Source: Balanoglossus misakiensis (lineage: Eukaryota > Animalia > Hemichordata). Taken from it: DNA of 64,000 bases. Below the pieces are notes generated by a model. That model was not told where the DNA came from. It made no database searches and saw only the letters and a list, made by a program, of their open reading frames with translations. Both the position numbers and the translations under genes were made by a program. Shown here piece by piece: positions 41,001-52,616 of this stretch. The DNA lies in NCBI GenBank assembly GCA_040954595.2, contig CM082590.2:1984001-2048000 (forward strand), given 5' to 3'. Position 1 is the stretch's first letter. Every line of letters starts with the position of its first letter.

Positions 41001-41378
41001 CTTGACAACTTTACATGAACTGTAACTAAGGAAAAATGAGAGTCTTTGCTTTAACTTTACCATCTGGACACAGTATAGGCAAAGTCCGGTCTCTGTTTAA
41101 TATGATACCCTGGTCACACACAGTGATAAATGTCAGCCTTTGACTACTGTGTTAAATTATCTAATTTATGCATTGTTAATCACCCTCTGTGAAGTTTGGT
41201 GCAGGTGTTTCTTTTCCAGGGTTGAAACATACTCTGCTTTGAATACATGTTTCCTATGGGGGTGTTGAAGGAAACAGTAGGATATGTTTCTCCAGCAATT
41301 ATGACACTGTTTTTAATATGCTTGCTGGTGGCAATATGTGTATATATTTCGCTATTGGTTGATAAACATCATGGTTCT
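38073..41378. repeat. Degenerate ~507-bp tandem repeat (3 units: ~38073-38510, ~40354-40870, ~40870-41378), interrupted by satellite C block 1
   Basis: 'ggacacagta(ta)ggcaaagtcc...gataccctg(a/g)tcacacacagtga...ttgaatacatgtt...ggggtgttgaagga' at ~38275, ~40560 and ~41066; 'tcattcattg' at 38073 and 40354. Confidence 0.82.
38511..40353. repeat. Satellite C block 1: ~82-90-bp A/T-tract monomer
   Basis: Consensus gaagaaattttgaactttcgcaaagtcgaaaaattgtcatttttggatgattttcatga(gctataa)cccatgatttttttcaaaaa; anchors at 38571, 38660, 38742, 38831. Confidence 0.95.
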
Positions 41379-41446
41379 TCACGTCATGATGAAAACTGAA
41401 AACTAAAACTATCGTTTTTGTAAACCATTGCTATGAAAAAAAACAC

Positions 41447-42655
41447 TACAGTAAAGGGCCTTGTTAGTTTATGTGATACACTTTATCATATAAATTCAAC
41501 ACTGGTAGCTAGGGCAGTGTTTGCACAGTGGAGTCTCTTAAATGCCTTCGCTCATTCACACCTCTTCAGTGATAATGCCTGGATTATATTGACATGAAGC
41601 TGTTTGTTCAGCAGTGTTTCAACTGCCAGCCGCCTGTGTTCATTTTAACACCCAAACACTGAAAATATTGTAGCAATCAATAATATAACCTACACGCGGT
41701 GTAAAAGTCATCGTGTTTGAAAGTTATGTTGATGCCTGATGTGCATTGTGACTCACGGGGCATGCAAGGGTAAAGCTTGTCCAAAGTTGACAAAGCAAAA
41801 GACCAGACTAAGTGCCTATTTTAAAATGTGCTTCTTTCCAAGGACCTTGCTGATGAGTCATGAATTGGGGAACGTTCATGAGACCCATATTTTTCACTGG
41901 ACCAGCACATGTAATGATATGACCATGAAATTGAATTGTTCCCAGGAACTACTGAGAGTTGCCTTGTTTCACCCCCAAGTTACTACGTGGGGTTTTTACA
42001 ATGTCGACAGTAGTTCCAAAAACGTTGTACTTTTATGAATAATCGATTAGGGTAGATTTATTTGCGGTGGTAAAACATTCTGGCCTGCAGTTGCCAAACA
42101 AAGACAATTACAAGTAAGGGACTGGACGTGGACTAAATAAAGCACAAAAAACGTAACACTTGACATCTTACAGTAAAGGGCCTTGCCTGTTGATGTGATA
42201 CACTTTATCATATAACTTCACAACTGGTAGCTAGGGCAGTGTTTGCACAGTGGAGTCTCTTAAATGCCTTCGCTCATTCACACCTCTTCAGTGATAATGC
42301 CTGGATTATATTGACATGAAGCTGTTTGTTCAGCAGTGTTTCAACTGCCAGCCGCCTGAGTTCATTTTAACACCCAAACACTGAAAATATTGTAGCAATC
42401 AATAATATAACCTACATGCGGTGTAAAAGTCATCGTGTTTGAAAGTTATGTTGATGCCTGATGTGCATTGTGACTCACGGGGCATGCAAGGGTAAAGCTT
42501 GTCCAAATTGACAAAGCAAAAGACCAGACTAAGTGCCTGTTTTAAAATGTGCCTCTTTCCAAGGACCTTGGTGACGAGGCATAAATTTGGGGAATTTTCA
42601 CGTGACCAATTTTTTTCACTGGACCCGCACATGTAATGATATAACCATGAAATTG
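41447..42655. repeat. ~487-bp direct repeat pair (41447-41933 and 42169-42655) with a ~235-bp spacer
   Basis: Both copies run from tacagtaaagggccttg to ccatgaaattg; long central stretches are nearly identical. Confidence 0.9.
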
Positions 42656-43683
42656 CAGTGCAACAACGGCATATGGTGCTGAAGCATCAGATGTTTGACC
42701 CAACGTACCCCGTACCAGTTTGTACAGCTGTTCGAATGCAAATTCAAAGTTTCAATTCCAATTAGAACATATGATGTCAAGAGATACTATAGTACAACCT
42801 AGCCCACAAGTTTTTTATCGAAATTGGACAGATCACAAGAGTCATGCGACCTGTTGTGCGACTTGCACAAAATCATGTCTTGATTATACAAGCTTCCAGT
42901 GAAAATGTTGGGCCAGTACTGATATCTCCTAAATTCCACCGTGTAATGGCCTCTGAAAGAAATGTGTGCAAATTGTACAGCAATTATAGTGTTCTAGAAA
43001 TGTAGCATGATGTAGCATCAGAAAGGTTTAGAACTTCAAAGTTCAGACCAGCTGTGTTACACAAACAATGCAATTGTTTTCAAACAATGCATATTGTCAA
43101 TCTTTCTCCATAGGGGCACAGGTCACACCGAGCGCTCAGAACCTAATAGTGCATAGGGGTGGACCATTTGATTTTGTGAGAGGGGGGGGGGGAGCTGGAG
43201 GATTTCGGAAAAAAAATGTTGAAAGCTTTTTTCGTGAAATAAAAAAAACTTGTTTGTGCGGGTTGAGTAAAAAAAATGCTTCCAACATGGCTTTTAACAA
43301 AAGTTGCTGCCACGGATTATGTCTTGGCTGTGAATTTCAGGCTATATCAATACACATAATAAATATATCACTACTTCCAAAACCCATTGTTTGCCATGCA
43401 AGAACTTGACCATATGGAGAAGTGCTACTTGCCATAGAGGACATACATATATACATACATCATACATACTTACATGCATAAATAAATAAATACCAGTACA
43501 TGTACATACAACAAATACCATCACACTACTCTGATTATCATTCAGTCATTTATTACAATAAAATAATACTGATATATATGTACAACATATGCACTCCTTA
43601 GTACTAATCCTTTGCTTTCCAATTTGAGAAAAAGGCAAAATATTTACAATTACTTGTCACCTAGGCCATGTCAAGCTTACATT

Positions 43684-46670
43684 TTACAAATACAGTTTAC
43701 CCGTATGAGGTATAACACACATTACTTGTTCTCTATTTATTGTGTCAAAACCTGCAACAAATTTACCATGAATTTGTTGCACTGGTATGAATGATGCAGG
43801 ACCAGACATTTCATATGCATCCTTACACCAAACCCCCACTGGTTCAACATAGTTTATGTTGCTGAAACCACCGAACCTTTGCTAATACAAACAATTCTTG
43901 TTTACCATTAATAGTCAAATACTGAGAAAAATAGTATTCAACAATGTCTGGTCTAAGCAAGCCATTATTACAATCAATTTTGCCACCAAGTGTACACCAA
44001 CGAGCTAGGATAAGAGAAGATCTCCTGTATCGAGAGTCTTCAGACCCCAAAACATCTTGAGCTAATTTAACAGCTACAGATTTCTTTATATATCCAGTTA
44101 CAGTATGGAGAACAGATTCTTCAAGAAATGTTTTGTACATCTCTCTTAGGTTGGCCATCCAGGATGAATCTAGGAGGTCCATAGAAATGGGCCCCACCAT
44201 TTGAAATAAATGCACTGTTTGTAAGGCAACAGACAAATTAAAATCAGCAAGTCCCAATCGCAATTTGCCTAACAACACAGCTGATTTGTCCTCACCACAT
44301 CTTTGTGCTTCATGTCTGTTAAGAGGGAAAAATGCATTAAAATCCTGATAGTCTTTTGGTTTTGGCATGTTATGCAGTAACTGTTCATTTAGAAATTTCC
44401 GCATTATTTGTATTTCAATTGACCTGTGATTAGCACAGTAATCAGAAAGTATGCCATTGTATCTTTCATATGGGAAGGTCCAGAAAGAATACACTGGTCC
44501 ATAATCTAGAATACAGTCAACCAGATGGGTGTGGTAATGCATATTTGGTGTCACCTTTTCTGCTCCATAAACCTTCTCAAACTGATGGCAAAATTGCATC
44601 ATGTATGAATGAACTTTAGCAATATTACTCAAAGTTATTACTGGAGAGCAAAGAAAATGGCAGGCTAACACAAAAAGACGCCACATTTCCATATCTTTCC
44701 TTGGTAAAATTCCTTTCAAAGCAAAAACCGAGAAAAGAGTGATCCAATGTTTCCACTGGTCTGCAGTGAAACCACCAAAACCTGTTGCAATTTTCAAAGG
44801 CATTCTTCCCATGTTTGATGGAACTTTGGTAATATCAATCTTTTGCTGTATAGTTTCAAGTTGACCTTTAGAAATGTTGGGTTTGTTTTTGTCCAGCCAC
44901 ACATTCTTCATAATGTGTTTACCAGTTCCCAAGAATAAATTGTGCAGTGGGTCAATAACATGAAACCTAACGCAGTCAAAATAGACCAGCTTCATTAACA
45001 ATGTGTATCGTACACCATATTTTGACACTAGTGCATCCCGATCTGCTCTTGACATTTGCCCATCAGTCTCTTCAGCTTGTTTTCGATGTTGTGCATTGTG
45101 CCTGCTATTTGATGGCTCAAAACCACCGAAGTTAATCTTGTCAGCAAAGTTTCCAACAATAAATTCTTTTTCACATTTGGAGCAACCTTTCCTAGCCTTA
45201 TGCCCAACAAAACCACACAGCTTTCTTGTTGCTGGTACATCAGATACAACATTAATCAGTGCAGCATGGAATGTACCAATAACATGTTTGCCAGATTCAA
45301 TGATTGGGCATTTTAAACCTTCATCCCATAATAATTTCATTTCTTCTACAAAAGGTTGAAGAAATGAATAAATATTCAATGAAGGCTCTCTTGGACCCGG
45401 TAACAACCCAACAAGAATTACATTTTCCTTCTTGTACCGCTCAGCACGTGGTAAGTTGAGAATGACCAAGTAAAGTGCTCCAACACTGCATGGAAGGTGT
45501 TTAAATGGGCAGAACCAATCTAAATTTAGTTGCAATGCGTAATTTTTAGGAGAACTTAAGAATGGCCTGCCATTTACATTATGAAACTCTTTCCAAATTC
45601 TTCCATCATAAATGTCAGATAGGACACCAGGGGATTGTTCTCTGTCACGGCAAAGTTCACATTTTGGAACAAAATCATGGCGTTTCACAAGATCTGACAA
45701 GGATTGTAAAACAGATTTGTAACAATAACTTTAAATGGATACAAACTTTTCTTATTTCCCTGGAGTTCTACTTCTTTCAGTAAAGGTGTCCCACATGGTT
45801 GTCGATGCTTTTTCTGCCGATGTGCGGGAAACTCTATAAATTTGCATTTGATTGGAATGTTTTGACCACCCACCCGCTTGTAGCAATCCTTAAACTTGTA
45901 AAGTGAACTGCACTTTTGACAAATGACATACTTGATGAATCTGTCTTCATTTAAGCCAATGATTTGTTTTAGTTTGTACAAACTAACAGGCAAGAGGGCA
46001 GAGAATGCAGCAACACACGGGGACATTTGTCCTAATACAAGGAACAGTGTCCTAAAAAATCCAAGTATCAACATCATACAAGTTTCAGTAACACTGTGAA
46101 AATACCATAAGACAGGTAAGACAAAGAAAGACAAAACCAATTGGCTAAAGTCAACAAACGTGGGTCAGTTGACTCTTCTACAAGTACAGGCACAAACAGA
46201 TTTGAGGAGTCCAATCCTTCTTTGAAATCCCCATTGAGTTCATTCTCATCCACAGTGTCCCAAATCTCAAAATTACAATGATCATTCAAAACGTCCTTCT
46301 CTTCTTGTCCACTAGGTTGATCAAAGTACATACGATCTTCTTCATCCAAAGTTTCTATGAAATGTTCAAAGTTCTCGTGTGGTGCTCCATTGCTTGTATT
46401 CTCTTTGAAGTGGATATTATGGCAGTCATCAAGACAGCTGCTGTGGCCAGCCTCAAGTTCAGTGTCATCAGTGTCTATCCATGTGTTATTGCTGAACAAC
46501 AATTTATCCTCTTCTCGTTCAATGTCATCAACTGTAGTCCAGGTGTTTGAAACGTCATTGAAGTATTGTTTGCGATGCCGCTTGTAAACTTTCGTTATCA
46601 CCTCATCATTACAGTGGGGACAGTATTTTCATTTAGAAGCCATTTGTTCACTAGAAGAGAAAGGAGACAT
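43684..46670 (-). pseudogene. CACTA/EnSpm-like DDE transposase (~1000 codons when repaired) with 3 frameshifts and 1 premature stop
   Basis: Motifs LNLDWFCPF, LYLVILNLPRAERYKKENVILVGLLPGPREP, SDVPATRKLCGF..GCSKC, VIDPLHNLFLG, FTADQWK, TPNMHYHTHL..YGPVYSFWTFPYERYNG; N-terminal KYCPHC after an in-frame TGA (46629-46631); shifts near 46100, 45728 (YPFKV/YCYKSV) and 43844, where it continues as PVGVWCKD...SFIPVQQI...LYL* to 43684. Confidence 0.9.
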
Positions 46671-49019
46671 CATAAGTTATTAAGTAATTTTTATCAACAG
46701 ACGACATCAAATTGGCCATCTTCATGATATCAACACGGTGCTACTTTTCCATACTTCTTTTGGTATGAGTCTTATCCGTTTGCAATTTGTCCATTCATAG
46801 TGACTGTAGTGGTATCAGATAAAGCAGAGTCAAAACGTCTTGGTTGACACCTGTCCACAATGCTTTCAACTCTTCAAAGAAGCCCTGAGATAATTCCAAT
46901 GTGAATGTGCTTCAACAGAGCAGCCACCTGTTTAGAGTGAGAAGCAGCCACCGCTTTGTCACCTCTGTGGTCACTTAAAATAAAATACACTGTGTATTAA
47001 GCCAAAGAAAACTGAATGTGAATATTTTTTGAAACTTTGTCTTTGTGCAGAGGAAACTGGCCACTAAACAGGTGCTCTTTGAAAATAAATGTTGAAGGTA
47101 GCTTCTCACAGAAATTGTAATGATGTCAACTGTGTTTCCTATGTTAGTTTTCTATAACTTCAGATATTCACATCCAAGGGAACTGTGTATGTGAAATCAC
47201 AAGTCCACTGTGTGCTCCAAACATGATGTAAACAACAAGGGTCTTTTACATGCCCATTCCCACAACACGTTGTAAATCACTGGCACTGACAGGTGGGCAT
47301 GTACAACAAAGTCAGTCCAGTCCACTTTTTTCTTTTCTTTTTGAAGTTTATCTGACAGCTTATCTTAATTTGGATATCAAGTTGTTCACATATACCTGTA
47401 TAAACCTACACATTACAGGAGAAGGCTTATTTACAAGTGTTTACCATTGGTATGTGATTGTTGACATACTCATAGTTGGCTTTGTTTGTTGGGCAGATTA
47501 TGTAAATAGTGCACTATAGTCAAGCTACCAGTACACATGTGTGCAAATGTCCACTACTTGGTTTGGAGTGGGAATTGTCAGATTTCTTGTGTGTTCGGAA
47601 AAACTGCAAATTTTGCTATTGTACAATTTTTTTATAAACCGACACAGTAGACAATGTTTGAAAATGCTCCTATGAAATAGATTTTGAATTGAAATCAAGA
47701 CGGTGACACAGACAAATACCTTGCACACATTAGAATTAAATTCTCTGTGACATTTACATGATTCACTGATACATCATTTGACAATTTATACTACCAATAT
47801 TTAACTTGTCTAACAATTTAAAAACAGCAATTCTTGTTTTCCATGATTGATAGTTTTCACATTAACTTTTGTAGATCAGTGTTCTCTCCAGAGTGTTTTA
47901 GCGTATCAGGGCCGATACCCTATAATTTGTCCCCATATGCTATCAATCAGGCAAATATGCTATCCAATATCCTATTGTAAATGGCATCGCCTATTCACAC
48001 GGTCTATTGATTCAAATTTGAAAGAAAAGATTCAGCTGTGAAACCATCTGGAATAACCTGGCAGATTTCCTGTCACACACCTGACCAACTCAGGTGTTTT
48101 ATTGTGAAATGCTAATAAGCTTGTCAAAAACAATTAACAGAAGGCTAACAATCACTCCTATGTTATTACCAGAGCAATGAATGTTTAGGTCTTAAAATAT
48201 CCTTGGCCATTTGTGTTTTAAACTGTAAATAAAATTTATGACCTGTACATATGTATGATAACTAACATTAACAATTATTTATGAATGTAAAGACCTCAAA
48301 AAGATAAAGAAACTATTCTGCAACTTACCTTAAGGTGACAGGGAGCATACAAGCAAAACAGTAGACAGCCTGGCAGAATGAACCTACATAAGAAAAATAA
48401 TTCAGTTTAGTATAATTCAGTTAAGTCAACAGGATGAAATCATTTCAGTGAGGATTGTGATAATCTCTCTGAACTGACAGTTTCTCACTTGACTGAATTG
48501 TATTAGTAGAAATTGATTTGTGTATCGAGGTGCAGGGAAACATGGCGCAGTACCAACGAGTGATCGACGCTTCCCAATGACTTCTCGGCTAAAAATGTTG
48601 ATTCGGTCAATTCAGTTCCAATAAGAACCGCACGGAAAATACCCATTTCCCAGCGAGATAGTCTATCCCGGTCCCGAAATACGGGTACTGTGTCCTTTAG
48701 TCAAAAACTATACCTTGGATTAATGGTCGATACCTCACAATAAGGGTGGCCAGATTCGCAGAAAAACGCTCCGAAGAACCCAAACAGAAACGCGATTTCA
48801 AAGGCAACGAAGATGATCGTTTAACTTTAACATTTTTAAACTTCGTTTATTCATGCTATGGCAGCAACGGGACCGACTGCCGAGTGTCATTTGATTTGAA
48901 TGATGGTGATTGTTGGACCTTATTTGATGACTCATATGACGCATGCTATAGTGTTTCCAACTTATAAACGGTTTTAAAAACTCACCTTAAAGAACACACA
49001 GCGAATTTCTTCTTTGCGC

Positions 49020-49438
49020 AGATGTCAAAATTAGATCAGCCAAAAGCACATGAAGAAAACTTCGTGCTACCGGAAGTACACCATCTGGTCATGCTTTTCT
49101 CATCCTTGGTCGCAAAATACCAGAATGCTTCGCGACATTAATATTTACATCTTATATAAAAAAAAAACAATTATAATATAGTAAATGCTTATAAAAACAA
49201 GTTTTCGTTGTTGTATATAAAGTTAAATCCCATTTGTGTTCGTTAAAATGATATATTAAACGTATTGTGAAAGAAGTTGTGGATGGTGTTGGACGAGGAT
49301 ATTACCCATAAGTCATCAGTCTGTTGCTATATAAACAGCTCTGAGACAGCGGTGGATTTAAATCCGCCGTGTTGCTGCCAACTGATTATATTGTTTTACT
49401 CCAAATACTCGTTTGTTTTCGATCCTGCTTCTAAAATC
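49020..49438. promoter_or_regulatory. Putative bidirectional promoter between the two transposon genes
   Basis: Locally CpG-richer DNA (48520-49140); ETS-like ccggaagt at 49070-49077; TATATAAA at 49328-49335, about 105 bp before the + strand ATG; minus-strand donor AG|GTGAGT at 48986/48985. Confidence 0.4.
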
Positions 49439-51647
49439 ATGTCATCGTCACAGCATACAGTCACCCCAACGATTTCTGCACAGTACGACACATCAGAATC
49501 TTTCAATTTGCTATGTCCGCGCCGAGAATTGCATATGTTCGATGACCTCAACTCCAGTCCCGATCGTGATACTGAGGGACAAGTCACAATCAGTAAGGAA
49601 GAGTTTCAGCGTTTGTTGAAAAATCAAGAAGAAATGCTGAAAAAGCAACATCTTCTGGAAGAAAAACTCGCCCTGGAGTGTAGGACAAGAAGGAAGATCA
49701 GACCGTCTCGAAAAGTGAAGGTATGTACATAATGAAACCTCGAACTACTGTGAACTGTAGTGTAGCTCTGTGTAAACACCGGGAACACACTGACCGGTAC
49801 ATGCTCGGAAGTTTGCCCTTTGCAGCCGTAGAAATACAATTTTCCGTTTCATTTTGTTGTCTCCGTAGATTTAATGATTTGAAATTGTCACTTGTGTACA
49901 ATATTCATTGTGACATGTTGTGTTTCAATAGTAGCCCCTTGGTTGACCTTAGACATTGTATACATGTACTTCATGATATAGTATCAGTAGTCAATAAAAC
50001 TTCTTCTTTTTTTTCCAGGCTGCTGTTCACACTTTATCCAAAGGTCTCGCCGAAACTGGAAAGAAGTGGGACACAACAAAAGCGTAAGTGCCCAAACATG
50101 TTTTACTTGTGACCAGAAAGATTTGCAATTTATATAGAGCGGAAAAAGGTGTACTTTAATGGTGATAAATCTATGTCCTCATTTGGAGCTCACAGTGGTA
50201 TTAACCATCTCATGTACAGCTTCTTTGGTTGAGAATTTTGTGAAGTTTTAGGAAACAAAATAGCAGGAGCAGGATTGTAGTTTGCTTGACCATTGTGACT
50301 TCCTGTGATTAATTTCTGATTCTGCATGACTACTGCTTGCTATGCCGACCTTTACTATGCAAATTTTGACAACCCCTGGGAATGTTTATGTTGAGTAAAC
50401 TTCTCTGGTGACCTTTATTATGCAAATTGTGCACCCCGGGTTGTATACTGAGTGTGTATTGTAAAGCTCGGAAGCAAATATGACTGTTTGTAAGATTCAT
50501 ATGCAAAGGCATTATTGTATTACAATGTATGTCCTTTATTCAACTTATGGAGTAATGAGTTCTTTTCTCCTTTGACAGCTTTGGACATCAGGTCAACATC
50601 CCCGTAAATAACGAAATGAAGAATGGTTTGAAGAACCAGTTGACTGAAGATGATGCAGTACTCCAAGGTTAGTTCCCTGTGTATACACACAGATGATTCA
50701 TTCACAGACAAAGATTCAATGCAATCTTTAGTTGTTCTCTTCTTTGTTGATGATCAAAACAACACATAGCTGTTCTGATTATTAAAAGAGTTCAGACAAC
50801 ACTTATAAAAGTGTATAGTCATTGCAGCACATCTTTCTTATAGTGATTCCATTCATATGTCATTATAATTTGCAATAGTAACCCGTTTTTCAAATTTTCA
50901 AATTTTTACAGTTGCCATAAAAACATACTTCATGACGAAGAGGAAAGAAAACAAGAGGGTTTCTACTGGAAAAATGTCTGCATTTAAAAAGAAGCAAGCC
51001 CGGAGGCAGAGAAAGCAGCAGGTAATTGTGTATACTAACTACAAATTGTATTTTGAAGTTACCTGGTACGAATCAGCAACACCAAGAAATACATGTACTT
51101 TATTGAACAGTAACATATGAGTGTTTTATTCTGCGAATTTATGAAAAAAGAGACACCCTTTTAAATATGTTGATAGGGTTGAAGTATAATGAAAGAACCG
51201 GTTTCATGTTGTTCCTGATGATGTTGTGTTGTAAACTGTGTTTTTCATTTTTTATTTCAGAAATTGACAAGAAGAAAAGAAAATTTAGAGAAATGTACAT
51301 CGATGTGGGGGACTGAGAAAAAACTAGTGCAAGCTCTATTGATCAACACTGACTACATTTCCAGTGAGGACACTGATTCCTGTTGGTCAAATTCAGAAGA
51401 TGAAGACGTGTGTGATGTAGCCGAGAACAGGAAAGCAAAGCAGCTGCGACTGAGGCCATTGACCTGGCGTGCGGACAGAGTCCAAACCATTTTTGATATG
51501 CTGGACAAGCGCCACAAGAAAAGACTCCAGAAGATGGATGGGGGTTTGTACATACTAGACAAGACGGTGCTCCATCTCTTCGGGATGCCCCAGATGATGC
51601 ACCAGTTTGGGCTGTTTTGTAGAGGATTAAGTTTGAATTGTCACTAA
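49439..51647 (+). CDS. Five-exon transposon accessory gene, C14orf93-like (~300-310 aa); probable late frameshift, so possibly a pseudogene
   Basis: Exons 49439-49720, 50019-50083, 50579-50667, 50912-51021 and 51261-51647 with GT-AG introns and consistent phases (0,2,1,0) read without stops: coiled coil, AAVHTLSKGL..KWDTTKAF, AIKTYFMTKRKE..RRQRKQQKLTRR, DYISSED, RPLTWRADRV..FDMLD; alternative-frame tail RQDGAPSLRDAPDDAPVWAVL* ends at 51622; AATAAA near 51759. Confidence 0.8.
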
Positions 51648-51910
51648 CTTATTATGTATATACAACTAATTTTAATCTTTTTAACTATTTAATTCCCTTT
51701 CAGTTAATTTTTACGCATGTTTTTCTTTACATTTTACACTACATTTTTTTTCCATTTGCAATAAATCTAATGAAACTGAATTATTTATCTGACTGTCTTT
51801 GCATAACTTTTGGAGTGTTGTGATTGTCTGTTTGTGTGATTAAGAGTGCCGGCTTTGTGCTTCTGTCTGTCTGATGAAAGTCTCTGAAAAGTGTACAGGT
51901 CTGTAAACTG

Positions 51911-52248
51911 CCAATTACCAAGGTGGTATTTGTGGGTACTATGGCCACCAGCACATACCTGTGACCCCCCGTATTTATGTCATGAAAGCTACTGCTGTAG
52001 AGGGTAGAAAAATGTCCACATGTCACCACCAATTACCAAGGTGGTATTTGTGGGTACTATGGCCACCAGCACATACCTGTGACCCCCCGTATTTATGTCA
52101 TGAAAGCTACTGCTGTAGAGGGTAGAAAAATGTCCACATGTCACCACCAATTACCAAGGTGGTATTTGTGGGTACTATGGCCACCTGCACACATCTGTGA
52201 CCCCCGTATTTATGTCATGAAAGCTACTGCTGTAGAGGGTAGAAAATT
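51911..52248. repeat. 118-bp tandem repeat, ~2.9 copies (subterminal to the transposon)
   Basis: ccaattaccaaggtggtatttgtgggtactatggccacc at 51911, 52029 and 52147. Confidence 0.95.
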
Positions 52249-52616
52249 CATAACTTTCCTCTACATTTGTTCAGACAGTATTTGTGAGTTGTAGAGCCAC
52301 CTTTCCCCTATAATTTACCTCTAGTATAATAGTTGGATCTGGTCTGATTTGCCTAGTATATACAGCACCTGAAGTATATGCCTATACAAATGGTAGACAA
52401 AGCAGGGATACAGTGAAGCAAATGATTATATTTTCAAGAGTTTTACACATCTATCAAAGTAAGGAATTTGCCTTATACACCATGAATGGCAAAAGTCTCT
52501 GTAAAGTTGCAAATGTGAACGAAGTTGTAGGAGGTATCACGTGGTCAAACATGGAACTTTAGCGCAATTTACCAGGTACTTTGCCTACCCATGCAAATCC
52601 AATTTTTGGTACAGTG

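Larger units (their letters stand above)
42660..52616. mobile_element. Degraded two-gene CACTA/EnSpm-like (CMC superfamily) DNA transposon; left boundary uncertain (alternative 41444)
   Basis: Transposase pseudogene plus divergent accessory gene; the right end ...tttttggtaCAGTG (52616) abuts satellite C; subterminal 118-bp tandem repeats; 42668-42725 loosely matches the reverse complement of ~52520-52580. Confidence 0.75.

Noticed and set aside
41447-42655. Direct repeats as LTRs of a TRIM or LTR element
   Set aside because: No TG...CA termini, and no evident PBS, PPT or target duplication.
43154-43300. taggggtggaccatttg...poly-G as a MITE terminus; ORF 43068-43409
   Set aside because: Resembles a repeat end, but no matching inverted terminus was found; the ORF runs through low-complexity tracts.
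45003-46587. Plus-strand ORFs 45003-45359, 45562-45783, 46278-46550, 46357-46587
   Set aside because: Antisense shadows of the transposase frame.
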